Origin: Candidatus Bathyarchaeota archaeon
GTDB lineage: Archaea > Thermoproteota > Bathyarchaeia > Bathyarchaeales > Bathycorpusculaceae
Assembly (NCBI GenBank): GCA_963811105.1
Contig: CAWEPZ010000011.1
Span: forward strand, 928,001-992,000
Direction: 5' to 3'
DNA: 64,000 nucleotides
Positions 23,305 through 33,805 of this stretch are shown here, piece after piece; position 1 is the first letter of the stretch; each line of letters opens with the position of its first letter. The notes below the pieces were generated by a model, which ran no database searches, was not told the DNA's origin, and saw only the letters and a list, made by a program, of their open reading frames with translations. The translations under genes and the position numbers were made by a program.

Positions 23305-26184
23305 TCAGTTGCCTCCCAAAGAAGGATAGTAAACAGTAACACAAAGCAAATCTACCGATGCAACTAATAAGTCGTCTATGCCTTGGAGCCACTTCTGCTC
23401 GCCCTGGTTCTGTAGACTCTTTTTTACGGCAGCTCTCTCAACAGCAAGTTCAGCGCAGCGTTCTTGTGCTCTAAGCTTCAAAGCATTTTCCAGATCATCC
23501 TTGGAAATAGCTGATGTTAAGTCCTCACGCATCTCAACCGCCGTTCTGCCGTTAACCATTGGGGTGGAATGGGAAAACGCTTCTATCTCAGCTTGAGACA
23601 ATTTACCGTCACTGTGTACCTCAAAGCCAACTTTCAAAAGCTCCTCAACAATGGAAACTGGCTGAGTGTGGACTGCATACCTTGCAAGGAAGGTGTAGAC
23701 TGCAGAGACTTTAGTGGCTGTTTTTGTTGCTATGCAAGCAGTGCGTCCATATACATCTGATTCTTTTGGCGAAAAGGTAAGTTGTTTGACAAGTTCTATC
23801 AAATTTCGCACTATCTTGTGTCCTAAGTCAATGACTTCCAGCTCAGGATCATCTCTCCCCCTCAACGGATCGAAGGTTGCTCTTGGCAGCACACTCTTCT
23901 CTATTCCCTGCGAAAGGCGATTATCTAGAATCTCAATTCGGAAAGTACCGTCTACATTGGAGGTTACCCGGCAGCCAAACCTATTCAATCCGCTTTTCAC
24001 GAAGTCTTGAATCTTCTCTCTGCTTCCAATTAGATTCTCGGTTTCACTTAGTCTTTTTTGGACTTCAGCTAAATCAATGCGTGATTGCCCATAGAAATTG
24101 TCATTCCTCATTCGTTGAATCGATTCATCAGAGAATGGGTTAACGATTTGCTCAGGCTCAGGAGAGAGGTCTTTGAGGAAAACATCCATGCTTGTCTGCC
24201 CAATTGGTACATCCAACCCTTGCTCTCTGATAAGGTCTAGAACAGAGAGGTCGTCTCCAAAAAATGGTGGCGAGAAACCGAAATCCCTCCGGATTTGAAA
24301 CGCTTTCTTAACTAAGACTTTTAGAATCGCAGCTTCTAGGGTATCATTGACCACCATTGTTCTTATAAAAACGGTTTCTTTAGGTTGTCCGTACCGGTCA
24401 ACGCGTCCATTTCGTTGTTCAAGTCTATTGGGGTTCCAGGGTAACTCATAGTGGATTATTTGAGAAGCTACATATTGAAGGTTGATTCCTTCCGAAATGC
24501 AATCTGTCGCAACTAAAATCGCTTTGGTGGAGTTTTCGAATTCTTTGAATCTGTCTTCTCTCTGAGCTTCATTCATAGAGCCATCAAGGGTTACAATTTT
24601 GGCTTCTTTGAAGTTTCTGTGCTCGGGGATGTTTTTTGCAAGATACTCCAATGTATCTTTATATCTTGTAAAGATAATGACTTTAGGAATTCTTCTTTGC
24701 ATCTCGTTTAGAGTGTTATCGAGTAACATGTTTAGTTTAGCGTCCCTTAAGGCAGTAACTTTTTGTGCTTCCGAAAGGGTTTGTTCCAAGAGTTCTTTTT
24801 CTTTAAGTGTTGAGTCTTTGTCTCCAAATAGGTGGCGGTCCATCCTCGAATCTGTTTCTTCGTCATCTATACGTTCACCAGTGTCATTATCCAAAACTGA
24901 AGCTCGTGCTTCTTCTTCAGTCACTGAAGTCTCTTCGATTTGGGCTTCCTGAGCGGCTATCTTCTTATCAATTGTCTTCAAACGATTTTTTAATGAACAT
25001 ACAAGAGCATAGGGTGAACTCAAAGCTCGCTTATGTAAGTGTGTTACCGTCCACTTGGCAATCCTCATTCTGTAGGTTCGTTCACCGCCAGCTGTCGCAA
25101 GGATATGCCGTCCAAGCTGTTCGACTTCGGTCATAACTTTGGTTTCTAAGGGAGATAGCCGAATGTAAACTTCAAGAGCATCTCGTTGAGGAAATGGGCT
25201 TTTTTCACCAGTTTGGCTCATTTCAGTTTCAACATCTGAGCGTCGTCGCTGACAAACATACAATTTGGCAACCTCCCGATTAATTACGGGGTCGCTATCT
25301 GAACCAGTAACTGCGCCAACATCTAACGTTTTTAGCAAGCTGGCAAAGGTATCAGTGTAGCCATTATGTGGTGTTGCCGTCAACATAATCAGATGGTGCG
25401 TCCTTTTCGAAAGATCACGCAAAAGCTCCCAACGGTCCATCTCCACTTTTTGCCGAGCGTCGGATTGATGTGGTTTAGCCATGTTGTGAGCTTCATCGAC
25501 CAAAATTATGTCCCATTTCTGCTCCAGAACTTGAGCCTTCACTTCAGCCATCTTAGCATAATCCATCGATGCAATTAGGTAGGGATAGTACTCCCATGGA
25601 TTAGAGCCTGGAGGAAGCCTTCTTTCAAGCTTCCTGCGATGCGAGGAAGAGATAATCTCAGCGTCTATGTGAAAGAAGTAATCCAATGCATCCTTCCATT
25701 GTTCTCTCAACATTGCAGGACAAATAACCAGCAGCCGAGAAGCTCTTTGTCTAGAAAACAATTCAGTAACCGTTAAGCCAGCTTCAATCGTTTTACCTAA
25801 GCCAACATCGTCCGCAATTAGCATACGAACTCGCGGCATATCCAAAGACATGACAACTGGAACCATCTGAAAAGCTACCGGAACAACTCGGCTTCGCTGA
25901 AGACTAAGCAGCGGGGCAGCACCATGAATCATGCTGAGACGAAAAGCACTCAAAAGCAAATCTTGCGCAGAGTAATTACCAACAACATCGCTTGAAGGCG
26001 GTTCAATCTTGCCAGGGCGGACTTTTTCAAACGGCAGATAGAACTTTCGACGCTCCACAGGCGCGCCATCGATACTCGTTGCAACGAGAACATCGCCTTG
26101 TAAATCGTCTACTCGCCAGAGCCTTGATCGCAACTCAACAATAGAGCCCAAAGGAAAATCTGATTGTACGGCTTCAAAGGACAT
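23305..26184 (-). CDS. SNF2-family helicase (DrmD-like)
   Basis: IADDVGLGKT, DEAH, LTATPHNG, SEGINLQ, LPWNPNRLEQRNGRVDRYGQ; intact 959 aa. Confidence 0.9.
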   Translation of the reverse strand: MSFEAVQSDFPLGSIVELRSRLWRVDDLQGDVLVATSIDGAPVERRKFYLPFEKVRPGKIEPPSSDVVGNYSAQDLLLSAFRLSMIHGAAPLLSLQRSRVVPVAFQMVPVVMSLDMPRVRMLIADDVGLGKTIEAGLTVTELFSRQRASRLLVICPAMLREQWKDALDYFFHIDAEIISSSHRRKLERRLPPGSNPWEYYPYLIASMDYAKMAEVKAQVLEQKWDIILVDEAHNMAKPHQSDARQKVEMDRWELLRDLSKRTHHLIMLTATPHNGYTDTFASLLKTLDVGAVTGSDSDPVINREVAKLYVCQRRRSDVETEMSQTGEKSPFPQRDALEVYIRLSPLETKVMTEVEQLGRHILATAGGERTYRMRIAKWTVTHLHKRALSSPYALVCSLKNRLKTIDKKIAAQEAQIEETSVTEEEARASVLDNDTGERIDDEETDSRMDRHLFGDKDSTLKEKELLEQTLSEAQKVTALRDAKLNMLLDNTLNEMQRRIPKVIIFTRYKDTLEYLAKNIPEHRNFKEAKIVTLDGSMNEAQREDRFKEFENSTKAILVATDCISEGINLQYVASQIIHYELPWNPNRLEQRNGRVDRYGQPKETVFIRTMVVNDTLEAAILKVLVKKAFQIRRDFGFSPPFFGDDLSVLDLIREQGLDVPIGQTSMDVFLKDLSPEPEQIVNPFSDESIQRMRNDNFYGQSRIDLAEVQKRLSETENLIGSREKIQDFVKSGLNRFGCRVTSNVDGTFRIEILDNRLSQGIEKSVLPRATFDPLRGRDDPELEVIDLGHKIVRNLIELVKQLTFSPKESDVYGRTACIATKTATKVSAVYTFLARYAVHTQPVSIVEELLKVGFEVHSDGKLSQAEIEAFSHSTPMVNGRTAVEMREDLTSAISKDDLENALKLRAQERCAELAVERAAVKKSLQNQGEQKWLQGIDDLLVASVDLLCVTVYYPSLGGN

Positions 26185-26558
26185 GAATCAAAGCCTCCAA
26201 ACTGTAACAACTTTCCGATCAAGGTTAGTTCCAACGATTTTTCCATTCATACCAAATCTGTCTCATTGCCGTTTGATAGAAACATTATGTAAACTGACTT
26301 AGCATAAAACACTTATCATATTTTTCAACAAGGACTGACTGAAAAATGTAACCCGGTTAAGCCAAAAAGATAGAATTAACCAATAACTGGAAGAACAACA
26401 GTTGCAAACCGGCGTGTTGTTGTTCTTTCAACTTAGCCGCAATAAGAAGAAGGTTGATGCACTAGCGCTTCTTGTTCTATCAATCAGCTGATGGCAAAAT
26501 AGTCTTTAAGTCAAAAGAAGAAAAAAGCCGCTTCTGGAGAAAACTGATTTTTTCTTCT

Positions 26559-27548
26559 CTAAAGACTGAAAGCCTTTTGGAGATGCCCTTCTCTGTTGTA
26601 TCCAACTGTTTTTTCGTTGAAGTATTTGGTGAAAACTTCTTTTTCTATATTGGCAATTCCTTTGTTTTCTATGTAACGATAAATTTCTTCCCAAGTAGAC
26701 CTAAGAAAAGTCCTTTTCGAGCTTTCTTTGATATGCTTTTTAAAAACTGATTCTATGGTTGTCTCTTTTTCTTGGGGAACCAGATTAACTAGATAAAAGT
26801 CTGTAAGTAAACGGTCGGCTATTTTTGACCCCAGCAACCAAAATCTGAGCAACTCATACTTTCTTTCGGTAACTGCAATTTGGTCGAATTTTGACTGGAA
26901 AACCTTGCGGTACCAGCCTTGGCAGCCATTTTCATACTTTTGCTTTACTGCTGGATTTTTTGAGATAGGAACTGTATTGTTGCTGGCGTTTAGTTTTGCC
27001 TCTATCAAAAACAAGGTATTATTGGATTTGACGATTAGGTCTGGTTCTGACCCTTTGGTTGGGTTAAGTTCAAACTCTTCGCGGACTTGTTGGAGAGGAC
27101 TCCAGCAGCCTCTTCTAGCTTGCGATTGGGAATAAGACCAGTAGATAATCTCACAATCATCAATTGGAGAACCAATTAGACTTGATAGAAAACCGCTTAG
27201 TAATTTTTGTTTCTCAAGGTGCCTAAAGACATTCCAAGTGACGGCGTCCTCGCTATTATCTCTCGCAATCCTTTCTGTTTCACGCTTAACGCCAAAAATG
27301 CCGTTAAAGAGCAAATCTTGATCTACCTCATCTTTCCATAGAAGGTTTTCTGACATGTTCTGATACTCAAAGGTTGAAGGCGAGACGAAAATCCGGTGTT
27401 CTGGACATTTGAATTCTTCTAAACGTTTGAAAACCTTCCTTTGACGGGGAATAAAGTGGTTACAGCCATTGACTGGACATTCCACAGTTGCGTCATTAAC
27501 GGTAATAGCATTCTTCAGGTCTGATAGGCCGTACATTCGAATCAACAT
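26559..27548 (-). CDS. Putative PD-(D/E)XK restriction-endonuclease-like protein with N-terminal Zn finger
   Basis: CPVNGC..CPEH; SEDAVTWNVF, SEPDLIV..FLIEAKL, YELLRFW. Confidence 0.6.
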   Translation of the reverse strand: MLIRMYGLSDLKNAITVNDATVECPVNGCNHFIPRQRKVFKRLEEFKCPEHRIFVSPSTFEYQNMSENLLWKDEVDQDLLFNGIFGVKRETERIARDNSEDAVTWNVFRHLEKQKLLSGFLSSLIGSPIDDCEIIYWSYSQSQARRGCWSPLQQVREEFELNPTKGSEPDLIVKSNNTLFLIEAKLNASNNTVPISKNPAVKQKYENGCQGWYRKVFQSKFDQIAVTERKYELLRFWLLGSKIADRLLTDFYLVNLVPQEKETTIESVFKKHIKESSKRTFLRSTWEEIYRYIENKGIANIEKEVFTKYFNEKTVGYNREGHLQKAFSL

Positions 27549-27941
27549 CTTCTTAGCGCTCTATGCTTAAAAGATTTCAAAAAGAATTGAACGGAGCAAC
27601 AGTTTTCAATGGGAAATAGCTATCTTTTCCTTCACTTAGAAGCTATAATTGATTTCTTGATAGAAGAAAAAGAGTTGCTTCTGCAGGGAGCAGTTTTTTC
27701 TTCTTCTACGATTTGGGGTTTTTTCTTTTCATAGTCCATGGGCATTTTATTTCCAATAAAAAAAATTCCTGATTTTTCAACCATATCAATCACTATTTCA
27801 ACAAAACGTTATGCCATACACAATACATTATCACTTACGAGAACGATAAACAACACACACCCAGTCCTTAGTGTTATTCAATTTGGACATCCCGAAAAAG
27901 ATTAGCCTATCTCGTTGAAGACGCCAACTGAATTGTAAGGG

Positions 27942-28403
27942 TTATTCAACTCGGGACCGAGGATTTTCCTTTGATTTGTCGTCTGCTTGATTTAAGCCGA
28001 ATAGTGTTAAGTTGTCTTTTGACTCGTGTAGGAGAGATGAAACTTCGTTTACCAACTTTAAGACCCAGTTATAGCAATTATTCAGGAATTCTTTGTCGGG
28101 AGGTTTCTTTTTATAATCGGATTTTTCACGAAGACTGTCAAAATATTGAGGCTCTAATGGTATCTTTCCATGTTTTGTCACTGAATCAAGGGCTTGATCT
28201 TGCAGCGGCTTCATTTTTTCCTTCAATTCTCTTGGAAGAGTCGTCATAAAAGCAGTGAATTCAAGCAACGCTTCGTCGGGGTAAGCATAACAAGACTTAA
28301 GCCCATTTGCCATATTGCATATCGCTTCTAATTTCTTGAAAGCGTTGGAATAGAAAGTGTCACTAAAACTTAGTTTCTGAACGACTTTTGCATCATTAGC
28401 CAT
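27942..28403 (-). CDS. Hypothetical protein, probably 5'-truncated
   Basis: 153-aa ORF. The frame stays open upstream to ~28580 (..ENPGTVRTRFYRWL..) with no start codon. Confidence 0.45.
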   Translation of the reverse strand: MANDAKVVQKLSFSDTFYSNAFKKLEAICNMANGLKSCYAYPDEALLEFTAFMTTLPRELKEKMKPLQDQALDSVTKHGKIPLEPQYFDSLREKSDYKKKPPDKEFLNNCYNWVLKLVNEVSSLLHESKDNLTLFGLNQADDKSKENPRSRVE

Positions 28404-28556
28404 TAGAGAATCAAGCTTTTTTGGATTAGAACTTGCAAGCCCAACAAAACTGACATTGTTCGGAAACTTTATGATCTGGAAATCAGGAACCTTTCTCTTT
28501 TCAACTTTCGCAAGCCATCGGTAGAACCTGGTTCTTACAGTGCCCGGATTCTCATC

Positions 28557-29473
28557 TTGGCTGGAGCATCTGAAGACAATTTATCGAAGGCGGGTAACAC
28601 CTGTGATAACAGTTACCATCCAAGCTCGGGTTTTAGTGTGGAAGAGCGAGTGCTAAAATTAATTGATGAAAGCGAAATTGAGCTTGCACCATACGAGATA
28701 GCTAAGAAAGCCCATGCTAAACGATCATCTGTTAGAGTTATTTTGCGGAAATTACTTGACCGAGGCCTGATTTTGCAGCCTTATCCTGGAACATACTGTA
28801 ACAAAATCACCTACGGGATGCGGTTCGTGCCGTTGTGCGTGCACAATGTTAGCTTGCGGTTTTTTGCTGGCACGGTGGCTCATTGGGAGAAGGATGAGTT
28901 TGTGGGTGGGGTGAAGATTCATGTTTGTTTCGGGCAGGAGCGGCGCAAGGTTAGCGGCTATATTGCCTGTGACGTCGGTGGTATGAGTCATGATGCTTGC
29001 CTTCTGGCCTTGAATCGCTGGTTTGACATCGTTGAGGCCAAGTTGGGACGGTCGGTTGTAGCTTTGGAGCTTCTTACGTTTGAGTGCAACAAGGACTACT
29101 ATGGTGTGCGAATTGACGGAGTTCAATGTGTCACCAAGAAGGATCTGTATGGTATGGTTGAAAGGGTTTACCAGAAAGAAGAAAACTTGGTGCGGAAAGA
29201 ATGGAGGTTTCTCAGCCGATGAGTGTTAACGCTTTTGAAGCTGCAATAAAGAAAGGCATCGGCGAGCATGACCGTATGCAGGCTTCTTTTGAGTTGAAAG
29301 AAGAAGTTAAACGTGTCTCTGAAGCCGTGAAGTTTGCTAACAGCCGATTGTATGAATTGGAGAAGCTGAATACTGCGATGTTTAGCGCACTCACTAAGCT
29401 GGTGGATTTCACTACTAACACTCAAGAAGCATCTAAAGATTCTGAGAAGGGAGGCGCCAGCTATGTCTCCTAG
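28557..29473 (+). CDS. Winged-helix protein with Rep_trans-like motifs and C-terminal coiled coil; putative replication initiator (frameshift ~29207)
   Basis: N-terminal wHTH (LAPYEIAKKAHAKRSSVRVILRKLLDRGLI); motifs FECNKD, RVYQK, RKE. Two overlapping ORFs join. Confidence 0.45.
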
Positions 29474-29862
29474 GCGGGACAACAGTAAAGCTTGAGCTTA
29501 ATTATGCGTGTAAAATGCATGTTAATAGCAGTAAAAACCTGTTCAAAAGCAATTTTAGGGCCATGGTCAGGGCATGGGAAAAGTCCATGCTTTTCAGAAG
29601 TCGCTTTTCTGTAGTTGGTCAGTCCTGATTACCCATTGATAGTTTTGCCACACATTGATGGAGATAAATTCTTGGAGTGAGCACTTTGAGATGAAACAGA
29701 GCAAAAACCATGTTCAAACCCAAAAAAGATAACGCTTTTTTACTTGGTTTTCTATCGGGTTGTCGTTATCTTGTTGTTCAGTTAAGGCCTAAAAGACTTC
29801 TACGAATTCATAGACCGACCGAAAATTTTCCTAAAAATTATCCTCACCGATTCAGCTCTTAA

Positions 29863-30687
29863 TTAAGCCAGAGAAACGGTATACGGTCTATACCTCATAT
29901 CGATAATAAGAAGTCTATTTTTCGTCATCCTTTTGATTTGTTCTCGCACATAATAATACTCCAAAGTTGTATCCTCAGAAATTCCCTTGAATGTGCTGTG
30001 CCCGCTGGCGACTGACTTCAATATTCGGTCTTCAGCCATTTTTTCTTCACAAAGCTTTGTCAATTCTTTTTCTATAGGCGATTTTATTTTGTATTTTGTT
30101 CTTAAGTCAATTAGATTTTGAACTAAGGCATCTTCCCAAAGTTTTCCTGAAATGTCTGACTGGTATCGGCACTCCTCTTTTACTACTTGCCAATCTATCC
30201 CAGATTCCACCAGAAGTCGCATGTCGTTCAAATCAGCTTCGCGCTCGGTAATTCCCTTAAATAGAAAGATGTCTTCTTTGGAGGCGATAGCCAGTTTGAT
30301 GTTTCCTTTTGAGTAAAATTCGATTGCCCTTTGAGACATGTTGGTCGAGAAAGTTAGTTTGTTGCAAATCCTTCCATAAAATATATCCCATCTAAAACCA
30401 TCTTTGTTTTGCATGATTTTTGATGTTTCCATCTTAGCATATTGGTGGGTAATCAGGTCAGCACCCAAAGTTTCGTATTTCATGCGGACCAAGGCATCGA
30501 TTAGAAGTTCAAGATCCTTAGTGCCTAAAACAAAGACGTCTATATCTTTTGTTGCATCTTTTAGACCATGCTGCATCATGGATAGACCGCCAATGATGAA
30601 AATCTTGGTGTGTTTCGTGATTGAAGTGGAGAGTCTTTCTATTTCAGATAGAATGTAGTCTCTATCAAAAGATGGTCTTTTTGTCAA
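29863..30687 (-). CDS. Nucleotidyltransferase (DUF6036/AbiEii-like) with C-terminal wHTH
   Basis: IIGGLSM..KDATKDIDV, FLFKG..READLND; overlaps the upstream gene by 4 nt. Confidence 0.7.
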   Translation of the reverse strand: MTKRPSFDRDYILSEIERLSTSITKHTKIFIIGGLSMMQHGLKDATKDIDVFVLGTKDLELLIDALVRMKYETLGADLITHQYAKMETSKIMQNKDGFRWDIFYGRICNKLTFSTNMSQRAIEFYSKGNIKLAIASKEDIFLFKGITEREADLNDMRLLVESGIDWQVVKEECRYQSDISGKLWEDALVQNLIDLRTKYKIKSPIEKELTKLCEEKMAEDRILKSVASGHSTFKGISEDTTLEYYYVREQIKRMTKNRLLIIDMRYRPYTVSLA

Positions 30688-31664
30688 GCAATTGTTTCCT
30701 CTTTATATTCTTCCATTTTTTCCACGAATTCATTCCATGTGGGTAACCCAGAAAGTCTGCGGACGCCTTTTGTTCTCAGAAATTCTATCATGGCATTGAT
30801 TTGAGAACTTAAGTCGTACCAAACTGCCTCATTCAATAAGTAGTCTTTATCGATATTCTTTAGTTGTCTCTTCAAAAGCAAAAGGCTGTACGTGGTGTAG
30901 CGAACATTCTCTTTTTCGATGAGAAGTGTATGAAGTATTACATCTTCAAGGCCGATGTGCTTGGGTTTCTTAGAATAAAAGTAAACATCGAAGTCTGATA
31001 CTAATTGTATGCCATAATCAGCCAAGCGTGAGGTGGCTGTCAGGGTAAATCTTCTCTGATAGACTTCTTTAGTTTTGGGTACTCTTATCAGAAACTCAAA
31101 ATCCTTCTGCCATAGGGTAACCGCCTGTGAGGAAAAAGAACTGATAATTTTCTCAACTATGAACCTCTGATATTCTTCCAGGAACTCTTTCAAAAGAGAA
31201 AATCGTTCATTTATTTGACAGTGTTTGTCGCCGGATGTAATTATTCCAATCTCCATAAATTGCTTGAGGTATCTCCAGATCGTGACGGGCGATGCAACCT
31301 CCGAAATGTTACCGGAATCTGTTAGCAATTGAAAAAGTAAGTCGATTCTTAGGCCCGACAAAATGCCTTCCCATTTAATATGGGAGTATCTATTTAGAAG
31401 TTCTTTCAAGAGTACAGCATGCTTCGTATCTTGGAAGAAAATGCTTTTTTTAGAGTTTTTGAAGTTCTTTTCAGTTTCATGTGATGTCTTTTCGATTTTT
31501 ATTAGCCCTTTTTCTTGAAGCATTTTAAGGTAATGTGTAAGAAGATTTGGCTTGATTGAGAGGTTCTCTCTTACCGCAGAAAGGCTATGGTTGTCTCGGG
31601 CAATCTCCTTTGCAATTTTTATTTCTGCCTCGCTTAGGGTGTATCTTTCTTTTTTTGTTTTCAC
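30684..31664 (-). CDS. Multi-wHTH transcriptional regulator (AbiEi-like antitoxin)
   Basis: N-terminal wHTH, second HTH, coupled to the NTase gene. Confidence 0.6.
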   Translation of the reverse strand: MKTKKERYTLSEAEIKIAKEIARDNHSLSAVRENLSIKPNLLTHYLKMLQEKGLIKIEKTSHETEKNFKNSKKSIFFQDTKHAVLLKELLNRYSHIKWEGILSGLRIDLLFQLLTDSGNISEVASPVTIWRYLKQFMEIGIITSGDKHCQINERFSLLKEFLEEYQRFIVEKIISSFSSQAVTLWQKDFEFLIRVPKTKEVYQRRFTLTATSRLADYGIQLVSDFDVYFYSKKPKHIGLEDVILHTLLIEKENVRYTTYSLLLLKRQLKNIDKDYLLNEAVWYDLSSQINAMIEFLRTKGVRRLSGLPTWNEFVEKMEEYKEETIA

Positions 31665-31822
31665 GTTATTTAATATAATTGAACTATCTTATAAGTATTT
31701 CAAAAATATGAAATGCTGTTCACTAGATGTAGTTATTATAATAACAACATCAATTGAAACGCCTTTCACATAATTGAAAAACCAAAAAGGGACATATTAT
31801 TATAATAATAAGGCATGATTAA

Positions 31823-32299
31823 TTATGAATCGGTTGCTATCCTTGGCTTAATTCTGACCTTAGGACCTTTTCCAACTTCTTTCAAAACAGGCTTTAAAGT
31901 GTAATAAAAGCTATAGACATAACCCCCCAATGTAGCAATATTCCTCTCTTCAAGCCAATTCTTCTGGTTCTTTTGGTTGAATTCGCTTATTGAGTTAGCG
32001 AAATACTCTTCTTCCAGAAGTTTAGAGATAAAGAACCGAGCATCAGATAAGGGAAATCTCGCTGGGCTCTGAATAGACCACCGCCAGTATTGACTCGATG
32101 CAACAAATCCTTTTGGTCTTTTGAAAGTCGCAGTAAATAGCTTAAAATCGTTTTCATCCAGAACCTCGAAAAATGCCTTGCATATATCCTTCCAATAAGG
32201 CGCAAGCTCCGTCCATTTAGTCATTGGAACATTTTTGATCCAGCCTTTACTTATTTGGACTGAGAAAAATTCGTTTTTTTCGTCCACAGACAACGTCAT
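31823..32299 (-). CDS. Hypothetical protein (158 aa)
   Basis: ORF with ATG start; no recognisable motif. Confidence 0.5.
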   Translation of the reverse strand: MTLSVDEKNEFFSVQISKGWIKNVPMTKWTELAPYWKDICKAFFEVLDENDFKLFTATFKRPKGFVASSQYWRWSIQSPARFPLSDARFFISKLLEEEYFANSISEFNQKNQKNWLEERNIATLGGYVYSFYYTLKPVLKEVGKGPKVRIKPRIATDS

Positions 32300-32618
32300 A
32301 CCCCAACTGAAAATTTACTGTTTGAATTGAACAAACAGCTCGCTAAATCTTTTTCTAAAAGTCAAGAATGCGTCTTCTTTCTTTTAACCTGTTTGCATCA
32401 GTATGGTTATTGCGCTACTTATTCAAATTATTGTTACCCAAATTGGATGGCGATGTAGAAGTCAAAATGCTTTGTGTTTAAAGTCAAAAGTAGAAAAAAC
32501 GGTCATTTTCCCTAATGGGAAGGAGGAGCAAATTTCAAAAAATCCAAGTTTCTGTCCGATTTTGATTATATTGACTTCCCGAAAGCTGTTTTATGGCAAG
32601 TGTTTGGAGAGGTTGCAT

Positions 32619-33017
32619 TTGTGTGAAAAAGCAATAATCAAGTCAACCAATTGGCATATCACAACCAAATGTAACTATAATTGTAAATTCTGTTTTTCGC
32701 GGAGATTGGACAAAGAAATCGAGGATTTGAATTCAGCTAAGGACGTGTTAGACCAACTCAAAAACCTGGGAATTGAGCAAATTACCATTACGGGTGGAGA
32801 ACCTTTGCTTCACCCTTTGTTCTTTGACATCGCCAAAATAGCAAAAGATATTGGTTTTGTAGTTTCCATGGTATCAAACGGATCTTACCTAAACGCAAAT
32901 GTTGTGTCTAGAATATCCCATTTTCTCGATTGGATTGGCCTTTCCATAGACTCTGCGAATGAAATAATTGAAACGGCGCTTGGCAGGGGTTCATTGGACA
33001 GTCGGAGTAAATTATAA
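32619..33017 (+). pseudogene. Prokaryotic viperin (radical SAM), 3'-truncated
   Basis: NWHITTKCNYNCKFCF, GGEPLL, SMVSNGS, LDWIGLSIDSANE..LGRG, then similarity ends at ~32990. Confidence 0.75.
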
Positions 33018-33071
33018 TCGGGTTATTTGTGGGGAAAAAACATTGAATCTCAACAGGTGGAATTAAGCTTA

Positions 33072-33524
33072 ATGGCGAGGGGCAAACCTTGGAGTGTTGA
33101 AGAGGAAACGCAGCTTCGACAGCTCTTAACAGAAAAAAAGTCTATGCGCAGCATTGCAAAGTTTCTGGGAAAAAGCCTCACTTCTGTACAAATGAAAGCA
33201 TCTCGTTTAGGCTTAGAAGATGATGATGGGAGTGAAAAAAACACGTCATCATCATCTACCTTTGATAAGTTAGTTTTGCCCCCTGAGTTGCCTTCAATTG
33301 AGGAAGGACTCAAGACTTTAGCTGGAGCCTTGAAAGTGCTTGAAACGCAGAATTTGGATAAGACGGATGTTTTGCGTTTACGCATCATCATCCAGGGCGT
33401 GAAGGTGTACCAGGAGCTCATAGCGCAATATGTCGATTATCGTGGGTTTGAGGCTGAATTGTTAGAATGGAGGGAGAAGTATGCGGATCTTACAAAAGAA
33501 TCCGCGAACCCTCCGGCCAAATAA
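33072..33524 (+). CDS. HTH/Myb-like 'MARGKPW' protein with helical C-terminus (mobile-element associated), copy 1
   Basis: MARGKPWSVEEETQLRQLL..SIAKFLGKS; paralogues at 34620-35053 and 62870-63139. Confidence 0.65.
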   Translation: MARGKPWSVEEETQLRQLLTEKKSMRSIAKFLGKSLTSVQMKASRLGLEDDDGSEKNTSSSSTFDKLVLPPELPSIEEGLKTLAGALKVLETQNLDKTDVLRLRIIIQGVKVYQELIAQYVDYRGFEAELLEWREKYADLTKESANPPAK

Positions 33525-33805
33525 ATTCGTTGACACCCGAGCCTTGACCCGAGAGGAGTCTGTTTTGTGTGAGTGTGTTTGTGTGTGAATGTATACTGGG
33601 TTTTCTTTTTTTCTTCTTTCTTCTTTCTTCTTTTCACTCCATACACTCATACTCATATATGCACTCTCCTCCTTTTCAGTTAAAGAAAACTTCGTTTTTT
33701 CAAAATAATAGTATTTGTCTGTGAGCTGTTGATTTGCATTTTTTAGGGTTGGTGAAAAATGAATCTCTTCTTGATACGACAGTATTTACACTCATAACAA
33801 CACAC

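Noticed and set aside
32403-32618. N-terminal extension of the radical SAM ORF
   Set aside because: No motif; a GGAGAGG RBS precedes TTG 32619, close to the viperin NWH motif.
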